Shown here one piece after another: positions 9,429 to 17,416 of a stretch of DNA of 64,000 nt (position 1 is the stretch's first letter; every line of letters starts with the position of its first letter). The position numbers were made by a program, and so were the translations under genes. The notes under the pieces were generated by a model, which was not told the DNA's origin, ran no database searches, and worked only from the letters and a program-made list of their open reading frames with translations. Location: assembly GCA_028720105.1 (NCBI GenBank), contig JAQYLI010000027.1, forward strand, positions 1,184-65,183, written 5' to 3'. The DNA is from Oscillospiraceae bacterium. GTDB lineage: Bacteria > Bacillota > Clostridia > Oscillospirales > Ruminococcaceae.

Positions 9429-11414
9429 TTATTCTTCCTCAGACTCGGAAGTCTCGCCGTTTTCCTCGAGAACTGCTCTGATAGAAAGGCTGATGCGCTT
9501 CTTCTCGGAGTCGATCTCGGTGATCTTTGCTGTAACCTCGTCGCCAACGGAGAGAACGTCCTTAACGTTTGTAACTCTCTTGTCAGCGATCTGGGAAATG
9601 TGGATAAGACCGTCAATGCCGGGAATGATCTGAGCAAATGCGCCGAATGCAGTAATGGAAACGATCTTGCAGTTAACAACGTCGCCTTCCTTGTACTCGT
9701 TCTCAAACTTCACCCAGGGATTGTCCTCGTCCTTCTTGTAGCCGAGAGAAATTCTGCCTGCTTCCTTGTCAAGATCCTTAACATATACCTCAAGTGTATC
9801 GCCAACGGAAACGACCTCGGAGGGGTGCTTTATTCTGTCCCAGCTCAGCTCGGAAATGTGGACCATTCCGTCGATGCCGCCCAGATCTACGAATGCGCCG
9901 TAGGAAGTAAGAGACTTGACTTCGCCCTTGAATACGTCGCCCACCTGAACGGTCTCCCAGAACTTAGCCTTTGCAGCGTCTCTCTCAGCGCTGCGGACAG
10001 CCTTGATAGAGCCCACAGCCTTGCCTCTCTGCTCGTTTACTTCGATAACCTTGAACTTAACGTTCTTCTTGAGGAGCTCCTCAAGCTTCTCGTCTCTTCT
10101 CATTGTTGCCTGAGAAGCGGGGATAAATACTCTTACGCCATTGCAAAGAACGATAACGCCGCCCTTAACAACGCCTGTAACGGTACCCTCGAGAATAGTG
10201 CCCTCTTCCTTAGCCTTGGCAAGCTCGTCAAGACCCTTGAGTGCGTCAACCTTTTTCTTGGAGAGCTGAACGATGCCCTCTGCGTCATTGATCTTGATAA
10301 CGATAAGATCAACCTCGTCGCCGACTTTAACTACATCCTCGGGCTTCAGGGCAGGATCGTCTGTCAGCTCGGACAGAGACACATAGCCTGTGTGCTTTGT
10401 ACCAACGTCAACGATAGCTTCTGTGTTGTTTACAGCAGTTATGTATCCTTTCACCCTGTTACCGGTATATAATCTTTTGAAAGAAGCGTTGAGAGCCTCC
10501 TCAAAGTTAAAGTCCTCGTCCATATTTTTGATAATTTCGCTCATTTGGTTTTTGACCTCCTTGATAATAGATGCCGGGGTGGACGCTCCGGCGGTGATAC
10601 CTATACGGATATCACTTTTATTAGAAAAGCCTTTCGGCATTTTCAGCAAACTGAGTTCTCCAGGGCTTTCAATGTGAAAGCAGGACCCGCAAAGCCCGCT
10701 GCATATCCGAAAGAGCTTAACGGTATTGGAGCTGTGCCGTCCGCCGACCACGATCATAATATCGCTTTGGGCGGCGAGCCTTGTTGCCTCTTCCTGTCTT
10801 TCCGAGGTTGCGCTGCATATGGTATCAAAGGTCTCGGCGTTTTCATAACAGGCGGCAATACGGGCGCAATTTTGCCACATACTTATATTATACGTTGTTT
10901 GCGGCATAATTGCAACCTTTTTTTTTGAATTTTCATAATTTTTTTTCAGAAAAGCTTCAAGCTCCTCGGAATTTTGCAAAACATACGCGTCATTTTCGCA
11001 ATGACCTACTATCCCGACCACCTCGGGGTGAGTTTCGTCGCCCATAATAATGACGTCTTTGCCCTCTGCGGAGCATTTTGCGGCGGTGTTCTGTATGCGC
11101 TTTACAAAGGGACAGGTGCCGTCGGCATAGGGGATACCCTTTTCCTCAAGCTCTCTGTACACGTCCCTGCCCACTCCGTGAGAGCGGATAATGACCTTTT
11201 CACCCGTTTCCGCATCAAGTGGGGAGTTTATGACCCGAACGCCTTTTTCTGCAAGGTCGTTCACAACAGTGGGGTTATGGATTATCTCGCCTAAAGTTAC
11301 AGCCTTGAAGCCGTGTTCTATTTCATTATACACGAGTTTTACCGCTCTGTCAACACCAAAACAGAAACCTGCGGTCTTTGCGGCGGTAATTGTGAATTTT
11401 TTCATAATTTTCAC
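9429..11414 (-). CDS. ispH-rpsA: Bifunctional HMBPP reductase / 30S ribosomal protein S1
   Basis: AGFCFGVDRA, DGTCPFV, TICSAT, HSSNT, TAGASTP, followed by four S1 repeats. Confidence 0.95.
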   Translation of the reverse strand: MKIMKKFTITAAKTAGFCFGVDRAVKLVYNEIEHGFKAVTLGEIIHNPTVVNDLAEKGVRVINSPLDAETGEKVIIRSHGVGRDVYRELEEKGIPYADGTCPFVKRIQNTAAKCSAEGKDVIIMGDETHPEVVGIVGHCENDAYVLQNSEELEAFLKKNYENSKKKVAIMPQTTYNISMWQNCARIAACYENAETFDTICSATSERQEEATRLAAQSDIMIVVGGRHSSNTVKLFRICSGLCGSCFHIESPGELSLLKMPKGFSNKSDIRIGITAGASTPASIIKEVKNQMSEIIKNMDEDFNFEEALNASFKRLYTGNRVKGYITAVNNTEAIVDVGTKHTGYVSLSELTDDPALKPEDVVKVGDEVDLIVIKINDAEGIVQLSKKKVDALKGLDELAKAKEEGTILEGTVTGVVKGGVIVLCNGVRVFIPASQATMRRDEKLEELLKKNVKFKVIEVNEQRGKAVGSIKAVRSAERDAAKAKFWETVQVGDVFKGEVKSLTSYGAFVDLGGIDGMVHISELSWDRIKHPSEVVSVGDTLEVYVKDLDKEAGRISLGYKKDEDNPWVKFENEYKEGDVVNCKIVSITAFGAFAQIIPGIDGLIHISQIADKRVTNVKDVLSVGDEVTAKITEIDSEKKRISLSIRAVLEENGETSESEEE

Positions 11415-11451
11415 ACCGTCTTTATGTGTATTATTGCCATATTTTTGTGGT

Positions 11452-12075
11452 TTATTCAGCGGTTTCGGCAGAATTTTCCTCTGTTTTCGGACCTTCCACC
11501 AGCTCGGTAATGGCGTCCATAATGACGGATTTTACTTTCTTCAGATTTTTTGTGTCCCCGTCGCCGATGTCAAGCTCCTCGGATTTGATGACCTTTCCTA
11601 TTTTCAGAGTAAGCTTGCTGCGGAAATGAAGCTTCTCACCCTCGAAAACTATGCCCATAGGAAGAACGTCTGCGCCCGACTTTGCGGCAATGAGAGCAAC
11701 ACCTGTTTTTCCTCTGCCCACCTTGTTTTCCTTGGAGCGTGTTCCCTCGGGGAAAATGACCACGTTCCTGCCGCTCTCCAGGATATCAACGCAGTCGTCT
11801 ATTACCTTCATATCTCCTGCGCCCCTCTTTACGGGAAATGCGCCTAAGAAGCGGATAAATGCGCCGAAGAGCTTGTTTTTGAAAAGCTCTTCCTTAGCCA
11901 TATATGTAACGGGCTTTTTCATAGGCATTGTGATGACCACGGGGTCGGCGTAGCTGCGGTGATTGCAGGCGATTATTACCCCCTCTTTTTCGGGGACATT
12001 TTCCCAACCCTCTATCTTGAAATTGTAAAACAGCTTGTAAATGCCCATTACGGTGTATCTGACAAATGCGTTCAA
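11452..12075 (-). CDS. plsC: 1-acyl-sn-glycerol-3-phosphate acyltransferase
   Basis: NHRSYADP and IFPEGTRS motifs. Confidence 0.92.
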   Translation of the reverse strand: MNAFVRYTVMGIYKLFYNFKIEGWENVPEKEGVIIACNHRSYADPVVITMPMKKPVTYMAKEELFKNKLFGAFIRFLGAFPVKRGAGDMKVIDDCVDILESGRNVVIFPEGTRSKENKVGRGKTGVALIAAKSGADVLPMGIVFEGEKLHFRSKLTLKIGKVIKSEELDIGDGDTKNLKKVKSVIMDAITELVEGPKTEENSAETAE

Positions 12076-12091
12076 TGAAGCTTACCGTCCT

Positions 12092-12757
12092 TTACAGAAG
12101 TTTTTTTATCATACCGATTATCATATCCACCGACTGCTCAAGTGAGAGTGATGTGGTATCGCAGAAAATGGCGTTCTCCGCCTGCTTTAAGGGAGCTATG
12201 GCACGGGTGGAGTCATCGCGGTCGCGCTTTATGATATCCGCAAGCACCTCATCATAGGTGGGAGCGTCCGTCTTGTCTTTCAGTTCCTTAAATCTTCTGT
12301 CAGCCCTTGCCTCGGGGGAGGCGGTGAGGAAAATTTTAAGGTCGGCATTGGGCAGGACTACGGTGCCTATGTCCCTGCCGTCCATAATTACGTTGTTTTC
12401 CCGTGCGATTTTCTGCTGTAAATCAAATAAAAAGGCTCTCACCGCAGGTATTGCCGAGACCTTTGAGGCTGCCATTGACACCTCGGGCGTGCGTATCCTG
12501 TCCGAAACGTCCTCGCCGTTTACGAAAACGTGCTGAACTCCCTCAATAAAACGCAGTTCGGGTGTTATGCCGGGCAGAAGCTTTTCTACATTTTCGGGAA
12601 CGCTCACGTCTGCTCCCTTTGAAATGCAGCAGTATGCCACAGCGCGGTAAAGCGCACCCGTGTCCACATAAATAAATCCCAGCTCTGCGGCAGCTTTACG
12701 GGCAATGGTAGATTTTCCCGCACCTGCAGGACCGTCAATGGCAATGTTAATGCTCAT
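12092..12757 (-). CDS. cmk: Cytidylate kinase
   Basis: IAIDGPAGAGKST, DTGALYRA, MDGRDIGTVVLP. Confidence 0.97.
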   Translation of the reverse strand: MSINIAIDGPAGAGKSTIARKAAAELGFIYVDTGALYRAVAYCCISKGADVSVPENVEKLLPGITPELRFIEGVQHVFVNGEDVSDRIRTPEVSMAASKVSAIPAVRAFLFDLQQKIARENNVIMDGRDIGTVVLPNADLKIFLTASPEARADRRFKELKDKTDAPTYDEVLADIIKRDRDDSTRAIAPLKQAENAIFCDTTSLSLEQSVDMIIGMIKKLL

Positions 12758-12780
12758 CAGATTATCTCCTTAAATATAGC

Positions 12781-13422
12781 TTAATACGAAGCGTCCGCTC
12801 CGTTTATATCGTCAAAAATAACGGGTATAAGCCCCTTGAGCTCGTTAAGCAGGGGAAGAGCCACCTCACGCATCTGAGGGTGGGCACGCTCGGAGGTGCG
12901 GAGTCTGAAAAAGTGCCGCCATTCGCGGAGGTTCATTGTGACAACCAGCTCCGTCTTAACGGAATTAGGCAGTATGCTTCTTGCCTCCTCGGGCTTTGCG
13001 CCTAAGGAAATAAGCTTTGCGTAGGCGTTTTCTATCTCCTGCATAGTATTTTTCCAGACAGCGTATTTCTCCTCGTCCTCAGCCCAGAAAAAGGGACGGA
13101 TAAAGGTTATCTCATTCCCGAATTTGTCCTTGGAATAGTTGCAGTAGCGAGTGCTTTCCTGGCTGTAGCTGGCAATGCGGTGACGGACTATCTCGTGGGT
13201 AACGCCTCTGTCGCAGATAAATCTTACGGTTATCTTTTCGTGCTCGAGAACGGACTCGTGCCCCGATTTCAGTATCATTCCCACGAATTTCTCCGCAGAG
13301 CCGTCTGTTATCCTGTCCTCGCTCTTATAGCATACCCTGCCGCAAAGCTCAATATTACGAAGCATTTTCGCCCCGTCGATGTCGGATAATATCTCATGAG
13401 AGGGTGCGATAATTTTCATCAA
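12781..13422 (-). CDS. thyX: FAD-dependent thymidylate synthase
   Basis: GHESVLEH, THEIVRHRIASYSQESTRY, HPQMRE. Confidence 0.96.
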   Translation of the reverse strand: MMKIIAPSHEILSDIDGAKMLRNIELCGRVCYKSEDRITDGSAEKFVGMILKSGHESVLEHEKITVRFICDRGVTHEIVRHRIASYSQESTRYCNYSKDKFGNEITFIRPFFWAEDEEKYAVWKNTMQEIENAYAKLISLGAKPEEARSILPNSVKTELVVTMNLREWRHFFRLRTSERAHPQMREVALPLLNELKGLIPVIFDDINGADASY

Positions 13423-14383
13423 GGTTCTCCTTTTTATACATAACGATCTCGCCGTCGGGGGTGTCCTCGGTCACGGCGGTGTAGCCGCAGCTGAGACAGC
13501 ATTTTTCGGCAGCTTCATTTGATCTGTAAACGTGCATAGCGGCGGTGTTGATACCCTTTTCGGTGAATATTTCCTCCGCAAGACGGATACATTCACGGCT
13601 CACTCCGTGTCCTCTGAATTCGGGAGCGATGACAAGCATAGATATCCAGCCGCATTCTCCGCTTTCAAGACCGCTGAGCTTCACCCAGCCCGCAGGCTCG
13701 GAGCCGTAATAAACGATGTAATCCTCTTCGTCATCGTCCTCACGCCATTGCTCAAAGGCTTCGTCCCAGTCGTCAATGTCAAGCTCTCCTGCACCCAGCC
13801 TGTCAAGAATATCGGCACTGTTATACAGTTCGCAGAGGAAGGGCAGGTCGCCTCTTGTAACTTCCGCAAGGCGCACCTTCTGACTGCAAAGCTCGCTTGT
13901 AACTTTCAGAATGGGATATCCCTGCTGATAGGGCTTAACGATGGCGGGATTTTTTGCCGCTTCCGCAAAAATAATATCGGCAAGACCGCTGTCAAGCTCC
14001 TCCACAAGAAGATTTAAGGGCTTTTTATACAAATCCGGACATACGGAGGCAATGGATATGACCCTTGCGCCGTTAAGGTCCATAACTCTGTATGGCCAGA
14101 TGCGGCAGTCAAAGGGCTTGCTGTCCCCAAGGGTGCAGCCTGTTTTCGGGTCAAGAGCGGGGCAGCGATAAAGCTCGTCCTTATCGTCCCAGCAGTCCTC
14201 CATATTGAAAATATAGCCGCCGTTTCCGCCCTTTGAGACCATTTTCAGGTCGGGTCGCTCTGTCGAGAGCTTATTATAAAGCTCCCTTGTGATAACGGGG
14301 GTCTCCCACACGTCGTATTTGTCAAAAATACAGCACAGCTGACACTTGGCGCAGGTTTCGTTAGAAAGAATGTTCTTTAGCAT
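13394..14383 (-). CDS. YkgJ/CxxCxxCC domain fused to a GNAT acetyltransferase
   Basis: CAKCQLCC...CPAL...C...KPFDCRIWP N-terminal half; LVIAPEFRGHGV...N.AA...GY C-terminal half. Confidence 0.75.
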   Translation of the reverse strand: MLKNILSNETCAKCQLCCIFDKYDVWETPVITRELYNKLSTERPDLKMVSKGGNGGYIFNMEDCWDDKDELYRCPALDPKTGCTLGDSKPFDCRIWPYRVMDLNGARVISIASVCPDLYKKPLNLLVEELDSGLADIIFAEAAKNPAIVKPYQQGYPILKVTSELCSQKVRLAEVTRGDLPFLCELYNSADILDRLGAGELDIDDWDEAFEQWREDDDEEDYIVYYGSEPAGWVKLSGLESGECGWISMLVIAPEFRGHGVSRECIRLAEEIFTEKGINTAAMHVYRSNEAAEKCCLSCGYTAVTEDTPDGEIVMYKKENLDENYRTLS

Positions 14384-14504
14384 AAGTCATTTTCCTTTTC
14401 AATTTATTTTTGGGAATATTGGCTTGCCTGCGGGATATAATAATTTTAAGCCGCAATACGGCATAAATTTACATCATATTTTTTTCTGAAAAGAGTGATC
14501 ATTT

Positions 14505-14945
14505 ATGAAAATATCTCAGAAGCAGTACGGCGAAATGGTGAAAAAAGCTTCGCCGGGTTCAAAATGTATGCGCGATGTGCCCCTTGCATTTCTTGTCGGC
14601 GGACTTATCTGCGTCATAGGACAGGCTATCACCGACTTTTACTCCTATCTGGGCTTTGACGACAGGACTTCCGCCGCCTGGTGTACAATAACGCTTGTAT
14701 TCCTGTCCGCCCTGTTTACGGGTCTGGGACTTTACGAAAAGCTTGCAAAATACGGGGGAGCGGGCACTCTCGTACCCGTAACGGGCTTTGCAAATGCGGT
14801 CGCATCTCCTGCGGTGGAATTTAAGTCCGAGGGATATATTTTAGGTCTGGGAGCGAAAATTTTCATTATCGCAGGTCCCGTTATCCTCTACGGCACAGCC
14901 GCTTCGGTAGTCTACGGGCTTATCTACTACTTTTTCCTCAGATGA
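14505..14945 (+). CDS. spoVAC: Stage V sporulation protein AC
   Basis: AFLVGGLIC, GAGTLVPVTGFANAVASPAVEFK, IAGPVI. Confidence 0.93.
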   Translation: MKISQKQYGEMVKKASPGSKCMRDVPLAFLVGGLICVIGQAITDFYSYLGFDDRTSAAWCTITLVFLSALFTGLGLYEKLAKYGGAGTLVPVTGFANAVASPAVEFKSEGYILGLGAKIFIIAGPVILYGTAASVVYGLIYYFFLR

Positions 14946-15696
14946 CGGAAACTCCCACGACGGTGATATTATCGGTGCTGCCGTTGTCAATGGCAGTGTC
15001 GATAAGCCGTCTCAGGCGTTTGGGCAGGCGCATAGGCATTGCCAATATCTCCTCAAATTCACCCGAGGTGATATAATCGGAGAGACCGTCGCTGCATATG
15101 ATGATGATGTCGCCCTTTTTTATGCCGCCCTCTATCTCGGTAACGCAGGGGTCGGGCTCATCGGAGATATTGCCTAAAACGGGGAATATGACATTCCGCT
15201 GGGCGTGGGTCTTTTTCTCCTCTCCCGTTATCTTGCCCTGCTCGTAGAGCATCTGGACAAGGGACTGGTCTCTTGACAGCTGCTTTATTATGCCCCCTCT
15301 GAAACGGTACATACGCGAGTCGCCCACATTCACCACAAACGCCCTTTCGCTGTCGTCAACGGCAAGAGCGCAGAGGGTGGTCTGCATATTGGCGGAATTT
15401 CCGTGGGTGATCCCGTAGCGTTTCAGTTTCGAGTGTACGGCAAGGAGCTTAGCTCGAAGATCGGTGCGTTTCCCGGGCTTTACGGAAGAAAGCAGCTCCA
15501 GAGCCATTCTTGAGGCGATCTCGCCGGAAGCCTCTCCGCCTACCCCGTCGGCAACGGCGGCGATGAAAGGCGCGCTGACATCGCTCTCCATCTGAGCCTT
15601 TGACAAAACTATTTTGTTCACAAGATAAGCGTCCTCATTGTGGGTGCGGACAGCTCCCTTGTCGGAAATACCGCAGCAATAATACAAATCGGACAC
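14938..15696 (-). CDS. PP2C/PPM-family Ser/Thr protein phosphatase
   Basis: R.HNED, VADGVGG, NVGDSR, CSDGL, DNIT. Confidence 0.92.
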   Translation of the reverse strand: MSDLYYCCGISDKGAVRTHNEDAYLVNKIVLSKAQMESDVSAPFIAAVADGVGGEASGEIASRMALELLSSVKPGKRTDLRAKLLAVHSKLKRYGITHGNSANMQTTLCALAVDDSERAFVVNVGDSRMYRFRGGIIKQLSRDQSLVQMLYEQGKITGEEKKTHAQRNVIFPVLGNISDEPDPCVTEIEGGIKKGDIIIICSDGLSDYITSGEFEEILAMPMRLPKRLRRLIDTAIDNGSTDNITVVGVSVI

Positions 15697-15955
15697 CTCG
15701 GACAGCTATAAATATACATAATAATATTATACATCAAATTGCCGCAGATTGCAATAGGTAAATCCAACAAAAATTAGAACATATTTTCTACAATCCGAAA
15801 TTCATTTTCCGTAATCATCATATTACTGCTGAATAATTTGTCATATTTGCACGAAATAACAATAATATCTCAATAAAACATTGACAAACGGAGGATAATA
15901 TTGTAAAATTAGTATGTACCATTATACCGAAATACTCATACGGAGGTTTTACATA

Positions 15956-16948
15956 ATGTCCACCATTAAATTAACGGATCTGATAAGCGTTCAGGTCCTT
16001 CAGGAGATCCAGGACGGCTTTGCAGAGGTAACGGGTATGGCTGCGCTCACTACCGATGCCGACGGCAATCCCGTTACAAAGGGCAGCAATTTCACCGATT
16101 TCTGTATGAAATACACCCGCCGTTCAAGACTCGGCTGCGAAAGATGCGAAAAGTGCGATCGTGACGGCGGCGAGCAGACTCACCGTACAGGCAGGGCTGC
16201 CGCATATTCCTGCCACGCAGGACTTATGGACTTTGCAGCTCCCATTATGGTAAACGGCGAGTTCATCGGCTCCTTTATCGGCGGTCAGGTGCTTACCGAA
16301 AAGCCCGACGAGGCAAAGTTCCGCAGGATAGCAAAGGAGCTTAGCATTGATCCCGACGAGTATATCGCCGCTCTCAGAATGGTGAAGATCGTTCCCAAGG
16401 AGAGGGTGGAGGCTGCCGCAAAATTCCTGCACACTATTGCCAAGAACATCTCCACAATGGCATATTCCAGCTATCAGATGAAGCAGAACAATGCTGATCT
16501 GTCAAGCAACATTACTGCAGCAAGCGATGTTATCCGCAGGGTGAACGACATAGCAGAAAGCTGTATCAAAGCGGTTTCTTCTATGGACGAAAAGTTCAGG
16601 CAGCTTTCCGAGATCGCTGACAAGTGCGTTTCCGAGGTAAAGACCGCCAACGACTCCGCAAAGGTCATTCAGGATATCGCTATGAACACTCGAATTCTGG
16701 GCTTTAACGCTTCTATCGAGGCTTCAAGAGCCAAGGAAAGCGGAAAGGGCTTCGGTGTTATCGCACAGGAGGTCAGAACTCTTGCCGATACCTCGAAAAG
16801 CTCCGCCGACACCATCGAGCAGAAGATCAAGAGCATAGGCAGCTATGCGGCTCAGATCGACAGCAGCGCCAAGGACGCTTCCGAGCTTGTTTCCCGGACC
16901 GTATCCGAAATTGAGGAGCTTAAGAGCGTTATCAGCGAAATTCAGTAA
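15956..16948 (+). CDS. Soluble chemoreceptor: PocR sensor plus short MCP signalling domain
   Basis: FTDFC...C..CD...Y.CHAGL.DFAAPI...GGQV (PocR); ILGFNASIEASRA..G.GFGVIA.EVR.LA; GGAGG RBS; TTGACA-N17-TAAAAT at 15881-15909. Confidence 0.9.
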   Translation: MSTIKLTDLISVQVLQEIQDGFAEVTGMAALTTDADGNPVTKGSNFTDFCMKYTRRSRLGCERCEKCDRDGGEQTHRTGRAAAYSCHAGLMDFAAPIMVNGEFIGSFIGGQVLTEKPDEAKFRRIAKELSIDPDEYIAALRMVKIVPKERVEAAAKFLHTIAKNISTMAYSSYQMKQNNADLSSNITAASDVIRRVNDIAESCIKAVSSMDEKFRQLSEIADKCVSEVKTANDSAKVIQDIAMNTRILGFNASIEASRAKESGKGFGVIAQEVRTLADTSKSSADTIEQKIKSIGSYAAQIDSSAKDASELVSRTVSEIEELKSVISEIQ

Positions 16949-17002
16949 TAATGAAATTTACAGCTTTCGCTGTAAATGGATATACCGAAAGGAAGTGTTT
17001 TT

Positions 17003-17194
17003 ATGGATCCTACAGCAATCGCTTCTATGGCTACAAGTATGAAGCAGGCTCAGCTTGCAAATGCCGTCAGCACTGCAATGGTAAAAAAGACCCACGATGT
17101 AATGGAGACCCAGGCTCAGGGGATCATTGAAATGGCTCAGAGTATGCCCAAGGTACAAGGTCAGATAGGCTCTATCCTTGACGTGAGAGCTTAA
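17003..17194 (+). CDS. YjfB-family putative motility protein
   Basis: IASMATSM.Q..L...VS.AM.KK..D, C-terminal G..LDVRA; AAGGA RBS. Confidence 0.8.
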   Translation: MDPTAIASMATSMKQAQLANAVSTAMVKKTHDVMETQAQGIIEMAQSMPKVQGQIGSILDVRA

Positions 17195-17372
17195 TACTAA
17201 TCTCTTAACTAACTTATAGACAAATCCGACAGCTATAACGCAGCCACTCGTCGTCAGGTTGCCTTATAAGGCAGCACTCCCTTGCAAGGCGGCAAGCCTT
17301 GCTGCGGTCGCTTTCCTAGATTGGCTGCGTTCTATCTGCCGCCGTTGTCTACAGAACGATTAAAGATTAGTA
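17195..17372. mobile_element. MITE with long imperfect TIRs and TA flanks (IS630/RUP-like)
   Basis: TA-CTAATCT...AGATTAG-TA; left arm ...TAGACAAATCCGACAGCTATAACGCAGCCA mirrors the right-arm reverse complement ...TAGACAACGGCGGCAGATAGAACGCAGCCA; no ORF. Confidence 0.75.
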
Positions 17373-17374
17373 TA

Positions 17375-17416
17375 AAAATAACGGAGCTGCCGGAATTTCG
17401 GCAGCTCCGTTATTTT
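17375..17416. terminator. Bidirectional terminator
   Basis: AAAATAACGGAGCTGCCG / CGGCAGCTCCGTTATTTT. Confidence 0.85.

Noticed and set aside
9429-11414. ispH-rpsA fusion as a novelty
   Set aside because: Well-known architecture in Clostridia
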